Source: an uncultured Chloroflexia bacterium (lineage in GTDB: Bacteria > Chloroflexota > Dormibacteria > Aeolococcales > Aeolococcaceae). From it: a stretch of DNA of 64,000 nt. Below the pieces are notes generated by a model. That model had not been told where the DNA came from. It saw only the letters and a list, made by a program, of their open reading frames with translations, and did no database searches. Below are positions 1 through 9,511 of the stretch, one piece after another (positions within the stretch are counted from its first letter, which is position 1; the number at the start of each line of letters is the position of its first letter). Both the position numbers and the translations under genes were made by a program. The stretch is from contig CAWJVN010000008.1 of NCBI GenBank assembly GCA_963846365.1, positions 120,072 through 184,071 of the forward strand. The letters run 5' to 3'.

Positions 1-228
1 GCGCCGCCGCGCCGCCGAGCGGCTGCGCGCGATCGCCTCGGCGGCGGCCTGGTTCGCCGCGGTCGAGGCCGCCAGCAGCCCGCAGAACCGCCAGTCCCAC
101 CAGCTGTAGAAGACGTAGCTGGCGAGCAGGACGAGCAGCTTCCAGCGGGTGCCGAAGGCCGGGACCAGCCAGCTCAGCGCCAGGACGGTGGTGAAGAAGA
201 CGGCAAAGTCGACTGTTGTGAAGAGCAC
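1..228 (-). CDS. MBOAT family O-acyltransferase (AlgI/DltB-like), N-terminal part, runs off window
   Basis: Manual translation from GTG at 228: (M)LFTTVDFAVFFTTVLALSWLVPAFGTRWKLLVLLASYVFYSWWDWRF, typical AlgI-type N-terminus (LLASYxFYxxWD). Confidence 0.8.
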   Translation of the reverse strand, partial: MLFTTVDFAVFFTTVLALSWLVPAFGTRWKLLVLLASYVFYSWWDWRFCGLLAASTAANQAAAEAIARSRSAARRR

Positions 229-323
229 CCAGATCACCCGCTTCCCCGCACGGCGGGCTTCCCCTCGGAGCGGGCCATTCAAGCCGCCCGAGCCCGGCTC
301 AGTCAAGGGTCTGCCCGGGGAGG

Positions 324-1214
324 CTACAGCGGCGGTACCGGGCTCACCAGAGAGTGGAGCAGCACCGCCTGGGCCACCGCCGCCGCCGCGCCCCAGTGGG
401 CCGTGAGCGCCCGCACGCCGGCCTCGGAGGGCATCCGCCCGCCGAGGTAGGCGGCGCCCACCGCCTTGCGCACGCCGAGGTCGCCGGCGACCACCCGGGG
501 GCGTCCCAGGGTGCGGGCGAGCACCCACTCGGCGGTCCACCGGCCGAGGCCGCGCACCGCCGTCAGCCGCTCGATGACCTCCTCGTCGGAGCGGGCGCCG
601 AGCTCGGCGAGGTCGAGGCGGCCGGCGCACACCTCGGTGGCGACCCCGACGATGTACTCCGCCTTGCGAGTGGTGAACTGCATGGCGCGAAGCTCGCCGG
701 GTTCGGTCTCGGCGAGCCGCTGGGGGTCGAGCGCCCAGACCTCGCGGCCGCCGGCGCTGCACGCCACCCCGACGGCGCGCACCAGCCGGGCGCGGGTGGT
801 GGCCGCCCAGCGCAGGTTGACCTGCTGGGCGCTGATCGACCGCACCAGCGCGGTGAGCAGGTCGGGCTCGCGGACGCCGCGGACGCCGGGATGGCGCGCC
901 TCCGCCGCCGCCACCGCGTGATCGCCGGCGCGGAGGCTCTCGAACGCCTCCGGTGCGGTGACGAAGAGGGCGTGCCCGGCCGCCACCGCCGCCTCCAGGT
1001 GGGCGGGGTCGTCGACGCTCACCCGCAGCCGCGGCGACCCGGTGTCGCCGGCGGACACCGCGCTCCAGGCGACCGGCTCGCCGCGGTGGCGCAGGGTGCG
1101 GAGCAGGACCTGCCCGTCCCAGCGGTCGACGAGGTCGTCGCCCCAGCGGCGGAAGACCTCGAGCGAGGCGGGCACGTCGAGCGGAGCGGGGAGGGCGAGC
1201 TCGGCGCCGGGCAC
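324..1214 (-). CDS. alkA: DNA-3-methyladenine glycosylase 2 family (AlkA, HhH-GPD)
   Basis: LVRSISAQQV, HhH motif LTAVRGLGRWTAE, GDLGVRKA. Start placed at GTG 1214, 6 nt after a CATGCT -10-like hexamer. Confidence 0.85.
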   Translation of the reverse strand: MPGAELALPAPLDVPASLEVFRRWGDDLVDRWDGQVLLRTLRHRGEPVAWSAVSAGDTGSPRLRVSVDDPAHLEAAVAAGHALFVTAPEAFESLRAGDHAVAAAEARHPGVRGVREPDLLTALVRSISAQQVNLRWAATTRARLVRAVGVACSAGGREVWALDPQRLAETEPGELRAMQFTTRKAEYIVGVATEVCAGRLDLAELGARSDEEVIERLTAVRGLGRWTAEWVLARTLGRPRVVAGDLGVRKAVGAAYLGGRMPSEAGVRALTAHWGAAAAVAQAVLLHSLVSPVPPL

Positions 1215-1260
1215 CCCGCCAGCATGCCGGATCGTCGCTGCTGCTAGCCTCAGCGGTGCC

Positions 1261-1983
1261 ATGCCGAGGCTCACCGCGGTCAACTCCGCGGGCTACGCCG
1301 CCCCCGCGGCGCTCACCGCCGATCCGGTGATCCTCGCACCTCTGAGCGGCCGCCTCCACGTCCTGCTGGTGCGCCGGGAGGAGCCCCCCCAGCAGGGGTG
1401 CTGGGCGCTCCCCGGCGGCTTCATGAACGACGACGAGCTGCCCGAGCAGACCGCCCAGCGCAAGCTGACCGAGAAGACCGGGGTGGGCGCCGTCTACCTC
1501 GAGCAGCTGCACACCTACGGCGACCCCAGCCGCGACCCCCGGGGCTGGATCGTCTCGATCTCCTACCTCGCCCTCATCGACGCGGTGGTGCTCCACGAGG
1601 GTGCCACCACCGCCCGCTGGTTCCCCGTCGACGACCTCCCCGAGGTCGCCTTCGACCACGGCGCGATGATCGCGGAGGGCACCGAGCGGCTCCGCGGCAA
1701 GCTCTGGTACTCGAACATCGCCGTCGGCCTGCTCCCCGAGCGCTTCACCATGCCCCAGGCGCGGCGCCTCTACGACGCGATCTCGGGGGTGACCCACGAG
1801 GCCTCGAACTTCCGCCGCGAGCTGGAGCAGTCGGGGCTGGTGCGGAGCACCGGGGTGGTGGTCAAGGGGGTGCCGGGCCGGCCCGCGATGCTCTACGAGT
1901 TCGTGGAGCGCCGCCCCGCCTGGAGCCCGCGACGCTCGCGCACCCCGGCGGCGATCCGCGCCGGGGCGGGCGGCCGGAGCTGA
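1261..1983 (+). CDS. nrtR: NrtR-family regulator (Nudix + winged HTH)
   Basis: WALPGGF...QLHTYGDPSRDPRG..AFDH..LLPERFT..NFRR..GRPAMLY; degenerate Nudix box (RKLTEKTG); directly upstream of pncB-pncA. Confidence 0.85.
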   Translation: MPRLTAVNSAGYAAPAALTADPVILAPLSGRLHVLLVRREEPPQQGCWALPGGFMNDDELPEQTAQRKLTEKTGVGAVYLEQLHTYGDPSRDPRGWIVSISYLALIDAVVLHEGATTARWFPVDDLPEVAFDHGAMIAEGTERLRGKLWYSNIAVGLLPERFTMPQARRLYDAISGVTHEASNFRRELEQSGLVRSTGVVVKGVPGRPAMLYEFVERRPAWSPRRSRTPAAIRAGAGGRS

Positions 1984-2089
1984 GCGCGGCCGCGTTCACC
2001 GTGACCGTGGTGGTCTCCGGCTGAGACGTCCCGGCCGGGGACGGGTGATAGCCTCTGCGCTGAACCGTCCCTCCCGCTGGGGATCGCCT

Positions 2090-3469
2090 GTGACCGAGAC
2101 GCGGCCGCTGCCCCTGTCCGACGCCGGCTACGGGCTGCACTGCGACCAGTACGAGCTCACCATGGCGCAGGCGTTCCTCCACGCCGGGCTGAACGGCGAG
2201 GCGACCTTCGAGCTCTTCGTGCGCAGCCTCCCCCGCCACCGCGGCTACCTGGTGGCCGCCGGCCTCGAGCAGGCGCTCGCCTACCTCGAGGGGCTGCGCT
2301 TCGAGCCCGTCGAGCTGGAGTGGATGGCCCGGCAGGGCATCTACCAGGACGACTTCCTCGAGCACCTCTCCGAGCTCGGCTTCACCGGCCGGGTGGAGGC
2401 GATCGCCGAGGGCACCGTGGTCGGTGCCGAGGTGCCGCTGCTGCGGATCACCGCCCCACGGGTCGAGGCAACCCTGGCGGAGTCGGCGCTGCTCGCCATC
2501 GTCAACCACCAGACGATGATCGCCAGCAAGGCGGCGCGGATCGTCGACGCCGCCGCCGGCCGGCCGGTGTGGGACTTCTCGCTGCGCCGCCTTCACGGCC
2601 CCGACGCCGCCCTCGGGGTGGCCCGGGCCGCCTACATCGCCGGCGCCGCGGGGACGGCGACGGCGGTGGCGGGGCGGCGCCTCGGCATCCCCACCACCGG
2701 GACCATGGCCCACCACTACGTCCTCGCCTTCGGGCCCGAGGGCGAGCGCGCCGCCTTCGAGTCGTTCCTCCGCGAGTACCCCGGGCTGGCGGTGCTGCTC
2801 GTCGACACCTACGACACCGAGCGCGGCGTGGCCAACGCGATCGCCGCGTCGACCGCGACCGGGGTGTCGCTCGCCGGCATCCGGATCGACTCCGGCGACC
2901 TCGCCGAGCACGCGGCGACGGCACGGGTGATGCTCGACACCGCTGGGATGCAGTCGTGCCGGATCATCGCCTCCAACGACCTCGACGAGTACCGCATCGA
3001 GGCCCTGGTGCGGGGCGGCGCGCCCGTCGACGCCTTCGGGGTCGGCACCATGCTCGGCACCTCCGCCGACGCGCCCTCGCTCGGCGGGGTCTACAAGCTG
3101 GTGGCCCAGTGCGAGGCGGGGGTCGACCGGCCGGTGATGAAGCTGAGCGCCGCCAAGCACACCGACCCCGGCGTCCACCAGGTCTTCCGCGACCCCGGTC
3201 ACGGCGACGTCGTCGGCCTCGCCGACGAGAGCCTGCCCGGCCGGCCGCTGCTCCACCGGGTGATGGTGGCGGGGCGCACCTGCGCCGCGCTGCCCCCGCT
3301 CGACCTGGTTCGCGCCCACTGCCTCGCCGAGCGCGAGGCGCTGCCCGCGGCGGTGCGGCGGATCGACGATCCCCAGCCGTGGCCGGTGCGGCGCAGCCCG
3401 CGGCTGCTGGCGCTGCGCGCCAGCCTCGGCGACGAGGGCGGCATCGCCCAGCAGGGGAGGATCGCGTGA
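2090..3469 (+). CDS. pncB: Nicotinate phosphoribosyltransferase
   Basis: DQYELTM, GTMAHH, LVDTYDT, GIRIDSGDL, ASNDLDE, FGVGT, GGVYKLV motifs. Confidence 0.95.
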   Translation: MTETRPLPLSDAGYGLHCDQYELTMAQAFLHAGLNGEATFELFVRSLPRHRGYLVAAGLEQALAYLEGLRFEPVELEWMARQGIYQDDFLEHLSELGFTGRVEAIAEGTVVGAEVPLLRITAPRVEATLAESALLAIVNHQTMIASKAARIVDAAAGRPVWDFSLRRLHGPDAALGVARAAYIAGAAGTATAVAGRRLGIPTTGTMAHHYVLAFGPEGERAAFESFLREYPGLAVLLVDTYDTERGVANAIAASTATGVSLAGIRIDSGDLAEHAATARVMLDTAGMQSCRIIASNDLDEYRIEALVRGGAPVDAFGVGTMLGTSADAPSLGGVYKLVAQCEAGVDRPVMKLSAAKHTDPGVHQVFRDPGHGDVVGLADESLPGRPLLHRVMVAGRTCAALPPLDLVRAHCLAEREALPAAVRRIDDPQPWPVRRSPRLLALRASLGDEGGIAQQGRIA

Positions 3470-4038
3470 GTCGCGCGCTTCTGGTCGTCGATGTCCAGAA
3501 CGACTTCTGCGAGGGAGGCTCGCTGGCGGTTCCCGGCGGCGCCGCCGCGGCGGCGGCGATCACCGGCCACGTCGCCGCCCACCGCGACCGGTACGCGCTG
3601 GTGGTGACCACCCGGGACTGGCACGTCGACCCCGCCGGGCACTTCGCCGCCGCCGGCGCCGATCCGGACTACCGCGCCACCTGGCCGGTGCACTGCGTGG
3701 CCGGCAGCGCCGGCGCCGAGTACCACCCCGGGCTGCGCGTCGACGCCGACGTCGAGGTGCTCAAGGGCGAGCACGCCGCCGCCTACTCGGGCTTCGAGGG
3801 CACCGCCGCGGACGGGCGCGGCCTCGACGCGGTGCTGCGCGCCCACGGGGTCGACGCCGTCGACGTCTGCGGCATCGCCACCGAGTACTGCGTCCGCGAG
3901 ACCGCGCTGTCGTCGGCGCGCCTGGGCTTCGCCACCCGGGTGCTGCAGGGGCTCTGCGCCGGCCTCGACGAGGCCGGCGTGGCCGCCACCGTGACCGCGC
4001 TGACCGCCGGCGGGGTCGAGGTCGAGGAGGCGGGCTGA
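3466..4038 (+). CDS. pncA: Nicotinamidase/pyrazinamidase
   Basis: ALLVVDVQNDFCEGGSLAV, DWH, WPVHCV, YSGFEG, GIATEYCV; GTGA overlap with pncB stop. Confidence 0.95.
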   Translation: MSRALLVVDVQNDFCEGGSLAVPGGAAAAAAITGHVAAHRDRYALVVTTRDWHVDPAGHFAAAGADPDYRATWPVHCVAGSAGAEYHPGLRVDADVEVLKGEHAAAYSGFEGTAADGRGLDAVLRAHGVDAVDVCGIATEYCVRETALSSARLGFATRVLQGLCAGLDEAGVAATVTALTAGGVEVEEAG

Positions 4039-4162
4039 GGCAGCCGGGGACGCCGCGCTCACCGCGTTCGGGGCGAGCGTAACCATCGCGTCAGGAGCAC
4101 CGTTCTGAGCACCACGCCATGGCGACGGGTGGCCCGCCGTCGACGTGCAGAGGTTCCCGACG

Positions 4163-5353
4163 ATGACCGCCCCGAGGGCGCTTCTCACCATCCCGCTGGC
4201 CCTGCTCCTGGCCGGGTGCGGCAGCCCCGTGCGGCCCGCCGGCCCTCCGATCGGCACGGCGGCGACGGCGCGGCCGGCCGCCACCGCCGCGGCGACGCCC
4301 GCCGCCACCGCGGTGCCGCCCCCGCCCCCGCCGCTGATCGTCCTCGCCGAGCCGGCGGGGAAGCAGACCAGGGTCACGCTCGTCGACGTGAGCGGCCGCG
4401 AGGTGGCCGCGGCCAGCGTGCCGGCCGACCAGGCCTGGCTGGTCGAGGCCGGCCCCGGCGGCGCCTACTGGATCGACGGCGGACACCTCCACCGGCTCGG
4501 CGCCGGCGGGGTCGCCGACCTCGGCGCGGTCCCCTCCTACGATGGGGGCGGTTTCTCGGTGTCGCCCGGCGGCACCGCGATCGTGTTCCACACCGCGACC
4601 CAGCTGGGCACCGCGCCCCGGTTCGACAACCGTCTCTACGTCGCCGAGGGCGGCAGCTCGCGGCTGCTCGCCTCGCGGATCGCGGACGGCGACCGGCCGG
4701 TCCCCGGCGACGCCCCGGGATCGCTCTGGCAGTACCGCACCCTGGGCTGGACCGACACCGGCATCGTCATCGCCCGCGAGCCGCAGGGCGGCTGCGGGTG
4801 CGGCCCCTTCGGCATGGAGTCGGTCGACTGGCACACCGCGCTGGTCGACCCGGTCACCGGCGCCACCACCGCGGTGAGCGACAGCGACACCTGCCCGCTG
4901 AGCGGCACCGACCCCGGCGGCCTGGCCGCCTGCTTCCACACCGCGATCCACGGCGAGAGCGCCACCGCCGACCAGCTGCGCATCCTCCACGCCGGCACCG
5001 TCACCGCCCGCTTCGACCTCTCCGGCGCCAATGTCGGCGGCGCCGCGGTGTTCTCGACCGGCGGCTCCCGGCTCGCCTACGCCACCGTTCCCCAGGGCGC
5101 CGACTGCGCGACCTGGCGGCAGCAGGCCAGGATGCGCGTCCTCGACCTCGCCGGCGGCGGCGCTCGGGTGATCCCCACGGCGGGCCTGCAGCCGCTGGCG
5201 TGGCTGCCCGACGGCCGCATCGTCGCGGTGCAGACGCTGGGCGCGACGGTGGTGACCACCCGGGTGGTGCTCGTCGACCCCGGCAGCGGCGCGATCACCT
5301 CCATCCACAGTGCGGGCGAGTCCACCGTGGTGCGGGTGGCGGCGGCCGCCTGA
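4163..5353 (+). CDS. Putative lipoprotein with TolB/WD40-like beta-propeller
   Basis: Lipobox LLAGC, Ala/Pro linker, repeats SVSPGG/FSTGGSRLAY/WLPDGRI, several Cys pairs. Confidence 0.6.
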   Translation: MTAPRALLTIPLALLLAGCGSPVRPAGPPIGTAATARPAATAAATPAATAVPPPPPPLIVLAEPAGKQTRVTLVDVSGREVAAASVPADQAWLVEAGPGGAYWIDGGHLHRLGAGGVADLGAVPSYDGGGFSVSPGGTAIVFHTATQLGTAPRFDNRLYVAEGGSSRLLASRIADGDRPVPGDAPGSLWQYRTLGWTDTGIVIAREPQGGCGCGPFGMESVDWHTALVDPVTGATTAVSDSDTCPLSGTDPGGLAACFHTAIHGESATADQLRILHAGTVTARFDLSGANVGGAAVFSTGGSRLAYATVPQGADCATWRQQARMRVLDLAGGGARVIPTAGLQPLAWLPDGRIVAVQTLGATVVTTRVVLVDPGSGAITSIHSAGESTVVRVAAAA

Positions 5354-5368
5354 CCGGTCCGGGGCGGG

Positions 5369-6145
5369 TCAGGCCGGCGGGTCACCCTGGGCCGCGCCGG
5401 CGGCCACCGGGTCACCGCCGGGTCCGCGCAGGATCAGCGCGCACCCCAGCGCCAGGGCGAGCCCGACCAGGGGACCGGCCAGGTAGACCCAGGCGTGCGC
5501 CAGGTCGCCCCGGACGATCGCGGGCGCGAGCGAGCGCGCCGGGTTCATCGACGCGCCGCTGACCGGGCTCGACCAGAGCCCGGCGAGGGCGATGTACCCG
5601 CCGACGGCGATGGCGGAGAGGTGGCCGACGTTCTGCGCGCCCGAGGCGGTGCCGAGGATGGTGCTGATCAGCCCGGCGGTGAGGATCGCCTCCATCAGCA
5701 TCGCCTGGACATCGGTGATGCCCGGACCGGGCACGGTTCCACCGAGGCTGGCGCGGTGGCCGAGGAGCGCCCAGAGCACCAGGCAGGCGAGCACCGCGCC
5801 GAGCGCCTGGCCGGCGAGGTACCCGGGGACGCGCCTCCAGGGGAACTCGCGCCGCAGGGCGAAGGCGAGGGTGACCGCCGGGTTGAGGTGAGCGCCCCCG
5901 ACCCGCCCCATGAACAGGATCACCGCCATCACCATGAGCGCCGGCGCGGTCACCTCCGCGGTGCGGCTGATCGCCGCCGCGGTCGCGCTCCTGACCGGCC
6001 CCGGCCCGGCGGCGACCACGACCAGGAGGAAGGTGCCGAGGACCTCGGAGAAGAGCCGGCGCCACTCGTGGGACGGGGCGTGGAAGTCCTCCAGCCACGG
6101 CCGCGAGGAGGCCGGCCGCGGCCCCGTCCGGGTCGCCTGGAGCAC
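5369..6145 (-). CDS. MIP family aquaporin
   Basis: Two NPA motifs (HLNPAVT, SMNPARS), EVLGTF, six hydrophobic helices; GTG start after GGAGGG. Confidence 0.9.
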   Translation of the reverse strand: MLQATRTGPRPASSRPWLEDFHAPSHEWRRLFSEVLGTFLLVVVAAGPGPVRSATAAAISRTAEVTAPALMVMAVILFMGRVGGAHLNPAVTLAFALRREFPWRRVPGYLAGQALGAVLACLVLWALLGHRASLGGTVPGPGITDVQAMLMEAILTAGLISTILGTASGAQNVGHLSAIAVGGYIALAGLWSSPVSGASMNPARSLAPAIVRGDLAHAWVYLAGPLVGLALALGCALILRGPGGDPVAAGAAQGDPPA

Positions 6146-6326
6146 CGCCGAGGTCCCTCCCCCGCACACCTTACCGTATAGCCTGACCATCATACTTTGT
6201 TAAGGCGAGCCCCCGGGGCACGGCCTCGCCCCCGGCCGTCCCCCGCCGCCGTCACCGGTCGCCCATAATGAGCTCCGACCGGCTGCGGCCGGGAGGGAAG
6301 GGAACGTCCGGCAGGAGGACGGTGTC

Positions 6327-7820
6327 GTGACGGTGCGACGGCTGCGCTCGCGGCGCGGTGCGCTGTGGATGCTGATCGTGATGGCGCTGCTGGCGATGGC
6401 GGCATCGATGGCCCCGGCGGCGGCCCCGGTGTCGGCGGCGGCGCCGCCGGCGCTCGACGCCGCGGTGCGGGCCACCCTCGACGAGATCGACGCCCACGGC
6501 TTCAACCCGGTGACCGGCGGCCTCTTCATCAACTGGTCGGTCGACGACCCGGCCCGCTCCAACCTGCCCGACGGCAGCCCGGCGCGCCGCGACGAGCTCA
6601 CCGACCTGCGCGACGTGCTGAACATGGTGTGGTACCAGCGACGCCACTCCGGCGACCGCTCCCAGGCGGCGGCGCTGGCCCGGCTGACCGCGCCGCTTCG
6701 AGCCAAGGTTGTCCACTACTCCTCGGACAAGGGCTGGGTGTACTGGCAGTTCCTGCAGCTCGCCGGGCTCACCGGCGACGCCTTCTGGACGCAGCGGGCC
6801 CAGGCCTTCGCCGGCCACCTCGACGGCATCGTCGACCCCGCCGCGGGGGTGGTGCACGGCCACATCTCCTCCGCCGGCCACCAGCCCGCCTGCGCCGACG
6901 GCTACCGGGTCGACCACGACCTCGAGGGCGGTCTCGCCCTGGTCGACGCGGGGATGCGCTTCGGCGATCCCGGCTGGGTCGCGGTGGGGATGCGCGAGGC
7001 GCTCACGGTGATCTCCCAGGCCTACGACACCACCTACCACCTCTTCAACCACACCGTGTGCGGCGGCGTCCCCGCCGACCGCGAGGCGAAGGTCGGCGAG
7101 CAGGCCGACGAGGTGCTGGCGCTGCTCGACACCGGCGCCGCCACCGGGATCCCCGTGTTCACCGCCCTGGCCACCCAGATGCTCGACGGCCTGGTCGCCA
7201 ACTCCACCAGGCTCCACGACACCGCCGCCGGCGGCTTCTTCTTCGAGTTCGACCTGGGCACGCAGCAGGTGAGCAACAGCTACAAGGAGGTCCGCCAGCT
7301 CACCCTGCTCACCGCGCTGCACCGGGCGAACGCGCTGCAGGGAGGGCGCTACGCCGGGCTCGAGACGGAGATGACCGGGGTGGCACTGCGGATGCAGCAC
7401 CTGACCCCGCTCGCCGGCTACCCGTACCGCGAGACCGCCGGCTTCGACTTCTACCGCGGCGAGCGCCACATCACCACCGAGGCGGCGGGGATCGCCGCCG
7501 AGGCGCTGCAGAGCGTCCTCGACACCGCGCCGGCGGCGGCGCCGCTCGCGCCCCTGCCGCTGCCGTCGCTCCCCCTGGCCGCGGCGACGGCATCGCCGCC
7601 GGTCGCGACCGCGCCGCCGTCGCGCCCGCTCCCCGCGGTCCCGCCGGTGACCCTCCCGCGCGCCGCGACGGGTCGGGCGCCCGCCGCCGCCCCGCCGACC
7701 GCCGGCCCGGCACCCTCGCCCCCCGGCGGTCTGCCCGCCCGGCTGTCCGCGCTCTGCGGCAGGCTCCGCCTCTGTCCGCGGGGGGGATCTGAGACGGTGC
7801 GAGTTGCCCGGGTGATCTGA
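6327..7820 (+). CDS. Secreted (alpha/alpha)6-barrel protein, AGE/cellobiose-epimerase or glycoside hydrolase-like, Pro-rich tail
   Basis: Signal-peptide-like N-terminus, AGGAGG SD, helical repeats (LAGLTGDAFW, DHDLEG, LHDTAAGGFF). Family assignment is tentative. Confidence 0.5.
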   Translation: MTVRRLRSRRGALWMLIVMALLAMAASMAPAAAPVSAAAPPALDAAVRATLDEIDAHGFNPVTGGLFINWSVDDPARSNLPDGSPARRDELTDLRDVLNMVWYQRRHSGDRSQAAALARLTAPLRAKVVHYSSDKGWVYWQFLQLAGLTGDAFWTQRAQAFAGHLDGIVDPAAGVVHGHISSAGHQPACADGYRVDHDLEGGLALVDAGMRFGDPGWVAVGMREALTVISQAYDTTYHLFNHTVCGGVPADREAKVGEQADEVLALLDTGAATGIPVFTALATQMLDGLVANSTRLHDTAAGGFFFEFDLGTQQVSNSYKEVRQLTLLTALHRANALQGGRYAGLETEMTGVALRMQHLTPLAGYPYRETAGFDFYRGERHITTEAAGIAAEALQSVLDTAPAAAPLAPLPLPSLPLAAATASPPVATAPPSRPLPAVPPVTLPRAATGRAPAAAPPTAGPAPSPPGGLPARLSALCGRLRLCPRGGSETVRVARVI

Positions 7821-7845
7821 CACGCGTGGAGCTACCCGGGGATCT
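7781..7845 (+). repeat. GATCT-punctuated tandem repeat, locus A
   Basis: GATCTGAGACGGTGCGAGTTGCCCGGGT-GATCTGACACGCGTGGAGCTACCCGGG-GATCT; near-identical to 30204-30263. Confidence 0.9.
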
Positions 7846-7856
7846 CCACGGTCCGG

Positions 7857-9431
7857 TCACAGCAGCACCCCGGGGTTGAGGATCCACGCCGGGTCCCACG
7901 CCGCCTTCACCGCGCCGAGGCCCTCCGCGAACAGTGCCGGTACCTGACGGTCGTACCACGGGCGGTGGTCGCGGCCGACGGCGTGGTGGTGGGTGATCGT
8001 CCCGCCGGCGGCGAGGATGGCCTCGCTCGCGGCCGCCTTGACCTCGCCCCACTGCGCCCGCTGGTCGCCGTGCCGGCTGCGCGCGATCACCGTGAAGTAG
8101 GGGGCGCAGCCGTCCGGATAGACGTGGGTCAGCCGGCAGGTGACCAGGCCGGCCCCGCACACCTCCGCCACCGCCGCGGCGGCGCGCTCGGAGACCGCCC
8201 GCCAGAGCTCCTCGAAGCGGTCCCAGGTCACGGCGGTCTCGAAGGTCTCGACGATGTGTCCCAGGCGTGCGACCGCGTCGCGCACGTAGGGCAGCCGCAC
8301 GAATGCCGACCGCCACGCCTCCCCGGTCCCGGTGCCGGACTCCTCCCGCACCGCCTCCGCGACCCCGCCGGCGGCGGTGCAGAGCTCCAGGCCGCGGGCG
8401 AGGGCGGCGTCCACGGGATGGTCGGCGGACTCGAGGCCGAGCATCAGCAGGCAGGCGGAGCCGTCGCCCACCCGGTTGATCATCGCCTCGGTGGCGTCGA
8501 TCAGCCGGCAGGTGGCGGGGAGCAGCCCGCTCCGTCCCAGCGCCCGCGCGGCGGCGGCGCCGGCGGGCATGTCGGGGAAGCGGACCGTGGCCCGGGCGCG
8601 GAAGCGGGGGCGCTCGACCAGCCGCAGCCACGCCTCGGTGATCACCGCCAGCGTCCCCTCGGAGCCGAGCAGGAGGCGGTCGGGGCTGGGCCCCGCCCCC
8701 GATGCGGGCAGCCGCCGCGTCTCCAGCGTCCCCCGAGGGGTCACCGCGCGCATCCCCTCGACCCGGTCGTCGACGTGGGTGTGCAGGGTGGAGTGGTGGC
8801 CCGCCGACCGGGTCGCCAGCCAGCCGCCGACCGATGCGAACTCGTAGGACTGGGGCTGGTGGCGCATGGTCAGGCCCAGGGGGCGGAGCGACTCCTCGAG
8901 CGCCGGGCCCAGCGCCCCCGCCTGGACCCGGGCCGCCCGCGACACGGTGTCGACCTCGAGCACCCGGTCGAGGCGGGTGAGGTCGAGGCTCACCACGCCG
9001 GCGTAGCCGTCGCCGACCCGGGGGGTGACCCCGCCGACCACGCTGGTGCCCCCGCCGTACGGGACCGCGGCCACCCCGGCGGCGGTGCACCACTCCAGGA
9101 CCGCGGTCACCTCCGCCTCGTCGCCGGGGCGGAGCACCCAGTCGCAGGCGGCGTCGAGGTCGCCCTCGAGCATCGCCACCACGTCGAGGAACGACTGCCC
9201 GTGGCTGTGCACCGCCCGGCCCCGCTCGGAGCCGTCGGCGAGGCCGGCGAGGGCACCGGGCACGGCGATCCGCGGCGGCGGCAGGGCCAGCGCCTCGGGG
9301 TCGGGGGGCTGCCGCGGCCGTCCGGGATCGCCGAGGACGGCGGCGAGCATGGCGGCGAGCCGCTCGAGCTCCTCGCCGGCGACGGCGGCGTCCTCCCATC
9401 CCCAGCCCCACCAGGAGCGCCGCCGGGTCAC
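7857..9431 (-). CDS. FAD-binding oxidoreductase, alkylglycerone-phosphate synthase-like
   Basis: SWWGWG, PYGGGTSVVGG, PQSYEFASVGGWLATRS, LGSEGTLAVIT, ITHHHAVGRDH, DPAWILNPG. Confidence 0.85.
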   Translation of the reverse strand: MTRRRSWWGWGWEDAAVAGEELERLAAMLAAVLGDPGRPRQPPDPEALALPPPRIAVPGALAGLADGSERGRAVHSHGQSFLDVVAMLEGDLDAACDWVLRPGDEAEVTAVLEWCTAAGVAAVPYGGGTSVVGGVTPRVGDGYAGVVSLDLTRLDRVLEVDTVSRAARVQAGALGPALEESLRPLGLTMRHQPQSYEFASVGGWLATRSAGHHSTLHTHVDDRVEGMRAVTPRGTLETRRLPASGAGPSPDRLLLGSEGTLAVITEAWLRLVERPRFRARATVRFPDMPAGAAAARALGRSGLLPATCRLIDATEAMINRVGDGSACLLMLGLESADHPVDAALARGLELCTAAGGVAEAVREESGTGTGEAWRSAFVRLPYVRDAVARLGHIVETFETAVTWDRFEELWRAVSERAAAAVAEVCGAGLVTCRLTHVYPDGCAPYFTVIARSRHGDQRAQWGEVKAAASEAILAAGGTITHHHAVGRDHRPWYDRQVPALFAEGLGAVKAAWDPAWILNPGVLL

Positions 9432-9511
9432 CCGGGCGCGGCCGCCGAGGCCGTGGGTCGCGGCTGCGGCCGTACACTGGAGTCGTCGCTGCGCCCTCCG
9501 GAGGTCGAGAC

